Positions 11,580 through 24,532 of a stretch of DNA of 64,000 bases are shown here, in pieces (position 1 is the first letter of the stretch; every line of letters begins with the position of its first letter). This DNA comes from Antedon mediterranea (lineage: Eukaryota; Animalia; Echinodermata). The stretch lies in the NCBI RefSeq assembly GCF_964355755.1, contig NC_092674.1, positions 30,876,001 to 30,940,000 on the forward strand. Reading direction: 5' to 3'. A program made the position numbers and the translations under genes. The notes under the pieces are model-generated. The model saw only the letters and a program-made list of their open reading frames with translations, did no database searches and was not told the DNA's origin.

Positions 11580-14500
11580 TTAACTTCTCTCAAAATTATA
11601 ATCAACTGTATAATCAAAATCCCAATCGTGTGAATTATCCATCTGGGTCATTACAACAAAAAATGACATCATTCCAGGCCAAAGGTCAGCTTTTACTGGT
11701 GACCCAGAGCTCAATATCATATTTTTTGTAGTAAAATCCAGCTTAAGAGAGTATATTCTATCTGTACATTGGTTTGATGCTTCTAAAACAACCCCTACTT
11801 TGTTTCTTCTTGTAAAAATAAATAAACATTTATCATGTATTGGTTTAATTAATGTTTTAGTGTCAAATATTGCTGGATAGGTAGGTGGTAAATTCACAGG
11901 TGGCGGTATTTCGTTTTGGTTAAGTTGGTGTTGGGTTTTTGACGATAAACAAATGCACAATTCAAGAGAAACTCCTTTATCAGAACAAACCTCAAATGGT
12001 TTGTAAGGCGTTAACCGTTCAAATGTCACAAAGTTGATGTCTTCGCCTTTTTTCAGAGGAACAATAAGAACAACCATAATTATTTCAATGAAAGTTGAGA
12101 TATCTGGATGTGGAATGTACAAGTCCATTTTTACTTCAGTATCTCCATTCTAAAATAAAAGATGGCTTAGAAATAACATGTTGTATTTGACTACATATAA
12201 TTTAGTTTCGTAAACAAAAGAATCTCACCTTATTAGTTCTTTGCTTGATGTTTCCAAAATGGCGTGCAATTAGCCGCTGGCATGAACCAAACCCTCTCTT
12301 CGTATCTGGATTTGATTTGCGGTATTGTTCCTGAATGGCATTGTTGATACTACCAAGTCCAAACTCCGCGAGAAGCGCGTAACGTTCATCATTTGCTACA
12401 CGCTTATCGTAATCTTTACAGATACAAATATTTGGTTCGATTCTGGGAATTTCATCACATGATCTATTAAGTGGTATTTTACAAAATATTCCACCAGGGT
12501 GTATCAAATACTTCTGGTGATCTGCATCTACTTTTTCTTGTTTACTTAGGCCTAAGAATCTCAAAGCATAATGAAGGTCCAAAATACTAACAAGACGTTG
12601 TTGGTTTAATCTCAATGCCTTCATTCTATCTTCTCCCAATGTGTTGGCAACGCCAACTGGAACGATCATAAACAAGAAAGAGTGAGTCATCTCTAATCTA
12701 CCTTCTTCAGTTCTACTGATATATTCACCGTAAGAATTTCCATGATCCGACAACAATATTGTAAGCGTGTTATTTAACTGTGAAACAGATTTTACATAGT
12801 TTGACAAATCTTTATCCAAAGTTTGTATTCGGCGGCCATGCTGCTCATGACCAACATTCAAGAGTGTAAAATGAAAAAATGGCTGGCCTTTCCTTTCTAA
12901 CATCGTTTGCCGCTTGGTAAGGTAATCTAGGATGTACTGATGTTGATATTTTCCATTGTAACATATTGATGGTGAACCTAGGAAGGGATATTTAATGTTA
13001 TTTCTATCAAATATCTCACAGCTTGCTAGCATCATATCTACACGATCAACCCCAGCTTCGTCAAGTGAAATCTTGAAGTTTTTCCACCTTTTATACATAT
13101 CACGTTCTTTGTATACTAAAAGATGCCTGATAATACCCCATTCGCCTTGCCAACATAAATCATCTGTATACATGGTCTCAAAACCACGGTTCTTATATCC
13201 TTTGAGAAGATATTTCAAATTGACAGTGGGTGGTAGCTCGCTATTTTCAAACGGTTCTCTAAAGTACAGCTCACCCGAAAATAGTGCATGAAGGTTTTCA
13301 TAAGTATGAACTCTCAAAGACTGAAATAATTCGAAGCTAAATACTTTTGTTTGTTTTAATTGACGAAGACTTTTCAAGCTGAGCGGCATTGATCGTAGAA
13401 AGTGACTATGAGAGACGGAGTCAAGTAACAGAATATTGATGTTGATTTTGTTTAGATTTGTCTTCTGGAATTGCTTTGATTTACTTCTTAAAACTGAAGG
13501 CACAATCAGTAATTGTGTTGCATCTCCCTTTCCATTTGTACTGTTAGCATCTGTTGCAAATTTTATAAAATAAAATCCGTAGTTGTCAACCTTTTTGTCG
13601 AAAAATCTATTTAGATGACTCTCAAGATGTCTTGTGGAAGCAAAATCCTGCCATTTTATTTTTCCTGTCTCATTATTGATCTCTCCTAATAAAACGTTTC
13701 CAGTTGCATTGAATTTATCTGAACATTTTACTCGTACTTTGAATTCAAACGTTTCCTGCAATGAAAGAAGAACACAAGGTTACACATATTAGTGGCCCAC
13801 CCCTATAAGGCCTTTATTTATGTTTCTTGGGTTGTGGCATCACACTCTATGTTCGTACTGGATTAGTCTACTCATTCAAAATGGTCCCTGTTTAATAAAC
13901 ACATACAATATAACTGGTTAAAACCTACAATAACTCTTGATATTGATTGATAAAAATTAAAAATTAGAAATGTTTTTTCTGAACAAATAACAATAGGCCT
14001 ATAAATGTACATAAGAATAAGGACATTATTTAACACAATGAAAATAACCTACTATAATTTCACATATGTTGTTAATTTGTTGGTGTTCACATGTAGCTAC
14101 AGGAGATGAGAAAAAAAGCTCATCAGCTAAAAGACAAGATTCAACATCAGGTTTGGCTCGCTGGCATCCGTCCTGACGTAGAGGAAGACTGGGATCATAT
14201 CTCAGCTCCATGTGGCATTCTTCTGAAGTAGGGCTATACTGAAACAAACATTATTTAACGCAAATCATTAGGCTTATCTTTTATTTTTGCACCAGGCATA
14301 TTTCACTGAATAATTAAAAAGTACAACATACAACTCATATTTTTCATATCACAACCTATAGCAGTAGGCTATATTGGTTGCGATTTTTTCTTAACATCTC
14401 TGGTGCTATACTTACTTGTTAAGTAATTTAATGTTCTCCATTGTTATCTTTCTTTGATGCAGTCTTAGAAGAACATCAATGAAAATATTGCATTTTAGTT

Positions 14501-14742
14501 GAATGCAGTTTTATAATTTGGTATACAGAAACTACTATGTTAATAGAAGGTAAGGATCAGAAAGACATGAAATATTGTAATGATAGACCGCAGAAACTCC
14601 ACCAATGATGGTCACATACCTGTTCCTTCGGGATAACACTAAACAGTTTTTGTATTTCTTTCATTTGGGATCCAATGCACATAAAATACAACACACAAAT
14701 TATAGTAAAAACAATCAATATTTTTAAATTTTGTTTCTTCAT
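11580..14742 (-). CDS. DUF229-family protein, copy B. Exons 14742-14620, 14238-14053, 13755-12229, 12149-11580
   Basis: MKKQNLKILIVFTIICVLYFMCI anchor. Motifs NILLLDSVSH, VHTYENL, NVGHEQH and LLSDHG. Same intron positions and phases as copy A. Confidence 0.88.
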
Positions 14743-15765
14743 TTCCAACAATGTACTATTATATTGTAGGCCTTCCTGCGAGTCACACGTGCGTTTTCGG
14801 TGGTTAAATCGATTCGTATGGAAAAAAAAAAATCATCAATAATACTAACGTTTTCAACGATTATATCGAAGCCAATAAATTTGCAATAATACAAAAGAAA
14901 TTATTATATCTGTGCTTCGGTGAATGGTCTATTAAATAATAATGATGCGATTTAAACAGCTTTATTATCCTGCATTTAATAATAATATAAAACAAAATCG
15001 TTAACTTGATTGATTTGCATAAAGCATTCAGTTTTAATCTGTTTACCATATTTAAATTAATTTGGTATAATCGCCTATCTTATTATTCGTACCGTAATTG
15101 GCGTCTGTTACTGTCATGATAACACTCAGAATAACATTGGAACGGTACACAGAACAAGAACTGGAAAATAATATCAATGTTAACTGTTTTCAATTCCTCG
15201 CGCCATTTGGGCACAGGTTGGGAAGCGTACTTTAGTATGGTTAGAAGAACGAAAAGAGTGAGCATTTTATAGGTTAGTAGTATGTCATAGGAAAGCTTAG
15301 TTTCCACTTAAACGCGCGTAATTTCGACCAATCACAACGAATCATCCGAAATGTTGCTTGTGATTGGTCAACTCACGTGCGTTGTGCCTACGCCGTAGAG
15401 TTCAAGTGAGAAGACTGCACCAAATGTAAAATATATTTAAATAAATAAAATAATATTTGTTAATACAAGTCATGTACCGCATTTATTACACAAACCATTT
15501 ATTAAAAAGCGAAAGCTAAAAATAAACCTAATAAGTTACGAGCATTTATTGAATATGTATTGCCATATTATAATCTAAATAGTATCATTAGTTTGTCGTA
15601 ATAATAAAAATAATAATACATAATATTATAATCATCATCATATTCATATAACACTATGTTAAGAAGTATTTTGTACAAATCTGACACACAAAGAATTATA
15701 TTAAATTAAATTAATGAGGATGACACCCACGAAAGATAAAAAAGAATTGTATTAGATTGCATACA

Positions 15766-18700
15766 TTAAACAACCTTCCAATTATAATCAACTGTATAAT
15801 TAAAATCCCAATCGTGTGAACTATCCATCTGGGTCATTACAACAAGAAATGACATCATTCCAGGCCAAAGGTCAGCTTTTACTGGTGACCCAGAGCTCAA
15901 TATCATATTTGTTGTAGTAATATCCAGCTTAAGAGAGTATATTCTATCCGTACATTGGTTTGATGCTTCTAAAACAACTCCTACTTTGTTTTTTCTTGTA
16001 AATATAAATAAACAATTATCATGTATTGGTTTAATTACTGTTTTAGTGTCAAATATTGCTGGATATGTAGGTGGTAAGTTTTGATTGAGTTGGTGTTGGG
16101 TTTTTGATAATGAACAAATGCACAATTCAAGAGAAACTCCTTTATCAGAACAGACCTCAAATGGTTTGTAAGGCGTCAACCGTTCAAATGTCACAAAGTT
16201 GATGTCTTCGCCTTTTTTCAGAGGAACAATCAGAACAACCATAATTATTTCAATGAAAGTTGAGATATTTGGATGTGGAATGTACAAGTCCATTTTTACT
16301 TCAGTATCTCCATTCTAAAATAAAAGATAGCTTAGAAATAACATGTTGTATTTGACTACTTTAGTAATAATATAATAATTTAGTTTTCGTAAACAAAAGA
16401 ATCTCACCTTATTAGTTCTTTGCCTGATGTTTCCAAAATGGCTTGCGATTAGCCGTTGGCATGCACCAAACCCTCTCTTCGTATCTGGATTTGATTTGCG
16501 GTATTGTTTCTGAATGGCATTGTTGATACTACCAAGTCCAAACTCCGCGAGAAGCGCGTAACGTTCATCCTTTTCTACATCCTTATCGTAATCTTTACAG
16601 ATACAAATATTTGGTTCGATTCTGGGAATGTCATCACATGATCTATTAAGTGTTATTTTAGAAAATATTCCACCAGGGTGTATCAAATACTTCTGGTGAT
16701 CTGCATCTACTTTTTCTTGTTTACTTAGGCCTAAGAATCTCAAAGCATAATGAAGGTCCAAAATACTAACAAGACGTTGTTGGTTTAATCTCAATGCCTT
16801 CATTCTCTCTTCTCCCAATGTGTTGGCAACGCCAACTGGAACGATCATAAACAAGAAAGAGTGAGTCATCTCTAATCTACCTTCCTTAGTTCTACTGATA
16901 TATTCACCGTAAGAATTTCCATGATCCGATAACAATATTGTAAGCGTGTTATTTAACTCTGAAACAGATTTTACATAGTCTGACAAATCTTTATCCAAAG
17001 TTTGTATTCGACGACCATGCTGCTCATGACCAACATTCAAGAGTGTAAAATGAAAAAATGGCTGGCCATTCCTTTCTAACATCGTTTGCCGCTTGGTAAG
17101 GTAATCTAGGATGTACTGATGTTGATATTTTCCATTGTAACATATTGATGGTGAACCTGGGAATGGATCATATTTAATGTTATTTCTATCTAATATCTCA
17201 CAGCTTGCTAGCATCATATCTACACGATCAATCCCAGTTTTGTCAAGTAAAATCTTAAAGTTTTTCCACCTTTTATTCATATCACGTTCTTTATATACTA
17301 AAAGATGTCTGATGATACCCCAGTTGCCTTGCCAACATAAATCATCTGTATACATGGTCTCAAAACCACGGTTCTTATATTCTTTGTGAAGATATTTCAA
17401 ATTGACAGTGGATGGTAGCTCGCTATTTTCAAACGGTTCTCTAAAGTACAGCTCACCCGAAAATAGTGCATGAAGGTTTTCATAAGTATGAATTCTCAAA
17501 GACTGAAATAATTCGAAGTTAAATACTTTTGTTTGTTTTAATTGACGAAGACTTTTCAAGCTGAGCGGCATTGATCGTAGAAAGTGACTATGAGAGACGG
17601 AGTCAAGTAACAGAATATTGATGTTGATTTTGTTTAGATTTGTCTTCTGGAATTGTTTTGATTTACTTCTTAAAACTGGAGGCACAATCAATAACTGGGT
17701 GGCATCGTATCTATTTTTACTATTAGCATCTATTACAAATGTTATAAAATAAAATCCGTAGTTGTCAACCTTTTTGTCGAACAATCTGTTTAGATGACTC
17801 TCAAGATGTTTTGTGGAAGCAAAATCCTGCCATTCTAGTTGTCCTGTCTTATTATTGATCTCTCCTAATAACACGTTTTTATTTGCATTTATTTTTTCCG
17901 AACATTTTACTTGTACTTTGAATTCAAACGGTTCCTGCAATTAAAGGAGAACACAAGGTTACACACATTAGTGGACCACCCCCAATAAGCCCTTTATTTA
18001 TAGAAACATGTGTCTTGGGTTGCGGCATCACACTATGTTCGTAATGGATTACTCATTACAGTCCCTGTAACGTAGAATAGGCCTATAACTGGTTAAAACC
18101 TACAAGAACGAATAGAATAACTAGTGATATTGATTGATAAAAATTAAAAATAACAATAGGACTATAAATGTACATGAGAATAAGAACGTTATTTAACACA
18201 ATGAAAACAACCTACTATAATTTCACATATGTTGTTAATTTGTTGGTGTTCACATGTAGCTACAGGAGATGAGAAAAAAAGCTCATCAGCTAAAAGACAA
18301 GATTCAACATCAGGTTTGGCTCGCTGGCATCCGTCCTGACGTAGAGGAAGACTGGGATCATATCTCAACTCCATGTGGCATTCTTCTGAAGTAGGGCTAT
18401 ACTGAAACAAATATTATTTAACGCAAATCATTAGGCTTATCTTTTAATTGAGCAGGCATTATTACCGAATAATTGAAAAGTACAACATACAACTCATATT
18501 TTTCGGATCACAGGATATTGGTTGCGATTTTTTCTTAACATTTCTGGTGCTATACTTACTTGTTAAGTAATTTAATTTTCTATTATCTTTCTTTGATGCA
18601 GTCTTAGAAGAACATCAATGAAAATATTGCGTTTTAGTTGAATGCAGTTTTATAATTTGGAATGCAGAGAATAATACTGTATGTTAATAGAAGGTAAGGA

Positions 18701-18887
18701 TCAGAAAGACATGAAATATTGTAATGATAGACCGCAAAAACTCCACCAAATGATGGTCACATACCTGTTCCTTCGGGATAACACTAAACAGTTTTTGTAT
18801 TTCTTTCATTTGGGATTCAATGCACATAAAATACAACACACAAATTATAGTAAAAACAATCAATATTTTTAAATTGTGTTTCTTCAT
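15766..18887 (-). CDS. DUF229-family protein, copy C. Exons 18887-18765, 18401-18216, 17934-16408, 16314-15766
   Basis: Very similar to copy B, including introns and upstream region. Reading frames are open and splice sites are intact. Confidence 0.88.
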
Positions 18888-19922
18888 TTCCAACAATGTA
18901 CTATTCTATTGTAGGCCTTCCTGCGAGTCACACGTGCGTTTTCGGTGGTTAAATCGATTCGTATGAAAATACAAATAACAATTGTCAATAAAACTATAAC
19001 CTTTTCAAAGATTATATTGAAGCCAATAAACTTACAATACAAACAAAAGAAATTATTATATCTGTGCTTTCGGTGAATGGTCTATTAAATAATAATGATG
19101 CTATTTAAACAGCTTTATTATCCTGCCTTTAAAAAAAAATTTTAACTTGACTTAATTTGCATAAAGCATTCGGTGTTAATTAATTAATTGTTTAATTAAT
19201 TTGGTATAGTCGCCTATCTTATTATTCGTACCGTAATTTGCGTCTGTTACTGTTATGATAACACTCAGAATAACATTGGAACGGTACACAGAACAAGAAC
19301 TGGAAAATAACATCAATGTTAACTGTTTTCAATTCCTCGCGCCGTTTGGGCACAGTTTGAGAAGCGTACTTCAGTATGGTTAGAAGAACGAAAAGAGCAA
19401 AGCTTGCAGTAAGGCTTAGTTTTCACTTTAAGGCGCATAATTTTGACCAATCACGATGGATCATCCGAAATGTTGCTTATGATTGGTCAACTCACTTGCG
19501 TTGTGCGTTCGCCGTAGCGTTAACGTGAGAACGAAGCTTTACTAGGCTGCATCGTGATTATGGTAAGTTTAATTGACTGCACCAAATGTAAAATATATTT
19601 AAATAAATAAAATAATATTCGTTAATAAAAGTCATGTACCGCATTTATTACATAAACCATTTATTTAAAAATCGTGAAGTTAAAAAAAAACCTAAGAAAC
19701 GAGGATTTATTGAATAAATTGCCATATATAACCTAAATAGTATTCATTAGATTGTAATATAGTAATAATGAAAAAAATAATACATGTTATAATCATCATA
19801 TTCATATATGATGTTGAGAAAGTAGTATTTTGTACAAATCTGACACACAAAGAATGATTAAATTAAATTAATGAGGGTGACACCCACGAAAGATAAAAAA
19901 GAATTGTATTAAATTGCATAGC

Positions 19923-22900
19923 TTAAACATCCTTCCAATTATAATCAACTGTATAATTAAAATCCCAATTGTGTGAATTATCCATCTGGGTCATTACAAC
20001 AAAAAATGACATCATTCCAGGCCAAAGGTCAGCTTTTACTGGTGACCCAGAGCTCAATATCATATTTGTTGTAGTAATATCCAGCTTAAGAGAGTATATT
20101 CTATCTGTACATTGGTTTGATGCTTCTAAAACAACCCCTACTTTGTTTCTTCTTGTAAATATAAATAAACATTTATCATGTATTGGTTTAATTTCTGTTT
20201 TAGTGTCAAATATTGCTGGATAGGTAGGTGGTAAATTCACCGGTGGTGGTATTTCGTTTTGGTTGAGTTGGTGTTGGGTTTTTGACAATGAGCAAATGCA
20301 TAGTTTAGTAGTAACACCTTTATCAGAACAGGTTTCAAATGGACTGTAAGGCGTCATTCTTTCGTATGTCACCAATTTGATGTCTTCGTTGTTTTTGAGA
20401 GGAACGATCAGAATAACCATGAAGATCTCCATTGAAGTTGAGGTGTCTGGGTTGGGAATGTACAAGTCCATTTTCACTTCATTATCGCCATTCTTAAAAA
20501 AACAAACTATATGATGATGAATTATATAAAAATGGTTGATACAATTAATGCATACACAAACCAATAGCAGTGTTGGTAGTGCCGCTTACCTGGATAAACC
20601 GAAAGTAGCCCTTGCCAAAAGCATAAAATACAAAATGTAATATAGCATCCTTCCTATAATGGACTGATCCATCAACCATGCCCAATGTACCACAGTCATT
20701 ACTTTTTGTAACATATGCTCCCACTGGGTAGAGCAATGGCTATTGTTGGTTTATCTAGGTATGCTAGCCACAAAATATAATAATGACCTCACCTTATTAG
20801 TTCTTTGCTTAATGTTTCCAAAATGGTGTGCGACTAGTCGTTGACATGAACCAAACCCTCTCTTTGTATCTGGATTTGATTTACGGTATTGTTCCTGAAT
20901 GGCGTTGTTGATGGTACCAAGTGCAAACTCCGCTAGAAGTGTGTAGCGTTCATCTTTTGATGCAACTTTTTCAAAATCTTGACAAATACAAACATTTGGT
21001 TCGATTCTAGGAATGTCACTACACGATCTGTTTGATGGAATTTCAGAAAATATCCCATCAGGTTTAATGAAATATTTTTTGTGTTTCTCATCTAAGTTTC
21101 CTAATTTTGTTTCACTTAAAAACCTCAAAGCATAATGAAGATCTAAAATGCTGACAAGTCGCTGTTGGTTGATCCTTAATGAGTTCAAACGCGTTGGTCC
21201 TAAAGTTTCAGCAACACCCGGTGGAACGAGCATGAATAAGACAGAGTGGAACATCTCCACTCTAGCTTCTTCATTTTGTTTGATGTATTCACCGTACGTG
21301 TTTCCATGATCAGACAGAATGAAAGTAAGTGTGTTTCTTAATTTAGACGCCATTTTTAAATATTCAGCTAAGTCGTAATCTAATGTTTGAATTCGGCGGC
21401 CATAATCATCATGTCCGACATTCAAGAGTGTGTTATGAAAAAACGGTTTATTGTTTTTTTTTAATTGTTCCTGTCGCTTGCCAAGATACTCCAAGATATA
21501 ATGATGTTGATATTGGCCATTGTAACATATTGCTGCTGGTCCATGGAATGGATCATGATGCTGATTGTCGGTCAAAATCTCACAACTTGCTAGCGTCATA
21601 TCTATCCTATCGATTCCCGCTTTTTTCAATGATTTTGTGAATATTTTCCACCTTTTTTCTACATCATCTCCCGGCATGTATGCCAAAAGGTTTTTCACAA
21701 GGCCCCATTCCCACTGCCAACAGAGATCTTCTGTATACATAGTTTCAAATCCTTGCGTCTTGAAACCTGCAAACAGACGTCCAAGATGGACAGGTGATGG
21801 AGGCATGTCCTGAAGTCCAAAAGGTTTCTCAACGTCGTACAACTCGCCTGAAAACAACGCTTGAAGGTTCTCGTACGTTCTACCCTTTAGCGACTGAAAC
21901 AGTTCATAGTTAAATACAGAAGTCCCGTGTAATTCACGTAGCGTTTGTAAAGTTTTTGGTAAAGACCGAAGGAAGTGACTATGGGAGACGGAATCTATAA
22001 AAAGTATATTAACATTAATGTGATTATGAGATTTTAGAGTTTTCTTTACAAATGGAGGAATGAGAAGAAGTTGCTGGGCAACCACATCAACCATGATGTA
22101 CTCATCCTCCATTCCAATGTTACTGTTAATCACTTCATCTGCCACTTCTTCCTTTATTTCATCAACATTTATTGCACATCTAATGAAATAAAACCCGTAG
22201 TTATCAGTCTTTGAAGAAAGCACCTTCCGTAGGTGAGTCTCCAGATTCTTTGTAGATGGAAAGTCCTGCCATTCTAGTTCACCGGATTTGCGATTGATCT
22301 CTCCCAATGAAACCTTCTGCTCAGCACAAATTCTATCTGAACAGTCTACATTTAACTTGCCATCAGATTCCTGTAAATCATCAATAACACAGCATTAGTA
22401 TTGCTCAATAAATGTATTGGTAACCAAATAGTCTTGAGATTTATTTATAATAGATTTTATGTCCGTATAATATTGTTATTTATATAACACCTAAATAAAT
22501 TCCTGTCATTTGATTGGACGATTATGGGTCACATGGTTTGCAATAGTAAGCACTAATAAACGATCATCAGTAACAAGCACAGCATTAGTTTAGTGGGGAT
22601 CTCTCAGAGACTGGGCAAAAGAGATTGTACCTAAATGTTATTTAATTTTATATGCACCACACACTGTATGCAAAAATGTTGAATTGCAATAGCTATAGCC
22701 AGTGGAGCTATGAAGTTTGCTCCTAAATGGAAGAAGAAGTAGTTTAGTATACATAATTCATAATAGATTGTAAATTGATATAATATTGTTAAAAAATTGT
22801 CTGTTAATCATTCACAAACAATTGTCTATATATATGGGTACATTTTATTGTCACATCAATTTGATAGTGTAGACAGAGCTTTACTGTTTACGGTTACAAA

Positions 22901-23465
22901 CACATATTTACCAACTTACTATAATTTTACAAATCTCAGTTTTCAGTTGATGCTGGCAAGTGTCAGGTGGTGAAGAGAAGAAGAGTTTATTTGCCAGCTG
23001 ACATGACCTTTTGACAGGGGTCAATCTCTGACATCCATCATGAGGTTGAGGAAGGCTGGAGTTGAACCTCGGGACTGGACATTCTTCAGGACCCGTCTGG
23101 AAAGCAAAAACAGATTCAATGTTAAACTTTACCAAACATTCTATCAACCAACAGTTGAATGATGGCTTATTTAGAACATTTAAAATTGCATAGTGAACAC
23201 ATTTCTTTCACAGTTCTGTTTCTGTTTTATAATAAAGGAACGTTGAATTGTAGGTAGACAGAACAATTTCACATACCGTTTTAGTTTGTTTACGTAGAAC
23301 CGAGTTTATTATCAAACGTTTCAAGGGGCTTTTTAACTCAACATTACTATCATCTGAGAGTAGGTAAAGTATAAAGTATGTGCCATATATGAAACAACTG
23401 ATGATGCCAAGTTTGACTGCAAACACTCTGGTTCTGCAGAATTTTCTGCAAGTAGTCTTTCCCAT
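19923..23465 (-). CDS. DUF229-family protein, copy D. Exons 23465-23277, 23096-22920, 22370-20793, 20492-19923
   Basis: MGKTT..LGIISCFIYGTYFILYLL anchor. Motifs NILFIDSVSH, GRTYENL, NVGHDDY and ILSDHG, plus an acidic insertion DEIKEEVADE. Same gene structure as the other copies. Confidence 0.88.
20584..20764. mobile_element. Small MITE (family C) in intron 3 of DUF229 copy D
   Basis: Imperfect TIRs GCTTACCTGGATAAACCGAAAGTAGCC and GGCTATTGTTGGTTTATCTAGGTATGC. The same terminus recurs at about 41349 and 43424. Confidence 0.6.
22482..22565 (+). mobile_element. Partial copy of the hairpin-ended element found at 43456 and 46756
   Basis: TATATAACACCTAAATAAATTCCTGTCATTTGATTGGACGATTATGGGTCACATGG matches the start of the 43456 element. 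Confidence 0.75.
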
Positions 23466-24089
23466 TGTTAACAGTTTTTAATTCGTTCATCGCTTTCCAT
23501 AAATGGCAATTGTTTTTCTTGTCCTCCAACAAAAATATTTTCTGAAACTAAAAATTATATATTTATAATTTAGGCCTATATTAATTATTATTAATCTTAA
23601 AATCTTACTAGAATTGTAAAATAAAAATTCTATCAAGTGATTGTTATAAATATAATAAGGCATTTTTAAAGTTAAATATATAATTCACACATTGTTATTG
23701 TTACACTGTTATTTAAGTTTTTTTAAATTTTAACAAGGTCTTGGAAAAATACCATCTATAAGCGGATCCCTATAAGCATCCTAGCCAGGCCTTTGGTTAG
23801 TCATTTCGTACCCATTGGCACCTCTCCAACCAGACTTAAAAAGGTGAAGTTGAAGAAGGTGGTTATTAGGCTAGCCTAGGCTAGGCCTGGCCCTAGTAGG
23901 CTTCTCATTGTAGTAGGGATTTAAAACACACACTCTAACAATAGAAAATATATAAAAGCTATTAGGGCTACATTTGTTTTTAAAATATCATACCGAAGAA
24001 AAATGTTAGCCCTAGGCCCTAAGCTAGTAAAAAAGAGGGTGGGTTGGTGATGCGTTTGTTTTTGTGTTTTGATGGTTTTGTTAGTGTTA

Positions 24090-24430
24090 TGTTATCTGTT
24101 ATCCGCCCTCTATAGTTATGATTAATTTATCATCATCTGCTGATCTTAAAAACATACATTTTATTTTATATCATCTGTGAATTTCCGTTTATAGAAATAA
24201 AATATCGACTGACAATGGCAATTCCTTCAAGATTTAAAGGTTAATTAGCAGTATATTACACAGTATGGCTAATGATGGGTGTAACAACAGCCGCTAACAA
24301 AGTTTTGTTATGAAAAATGCAAGTCAAGACACGTTGATACTAAGACCACGTGCTAAATTTGTTGTACGTTGATTGGACTTTAGAATAAGTTCCGGTTCCG
24401 GATGATCGGACAGCGCTTATTTTCAAAATC
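24090..24430. promoter_or_regulatory. Divergent promoter region between DUF229 copy D and CKAP2-like, with cell-cycle-type elements
   Basis: E-box CACGTG (24347), inverted CCAAT (ATTGG, 24372), tandem ETS-like TTCCGGTTCCGG (about 24390) and CHR-like TTTCAAA (24421), about 110-190 nt upstream of the CKAP2-like ATG. Motif matches only. Confidence 0.45.
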
Positions 24431-24532
24431 AAAACAACTTCAAGAAAGGCAGTCTTCTTAATCTTGCTGTGAAAATTTACTAGAACTAGACCTACTAGGC
24501 TTAATCAACATAAAGATCTGTCAAACATAATA

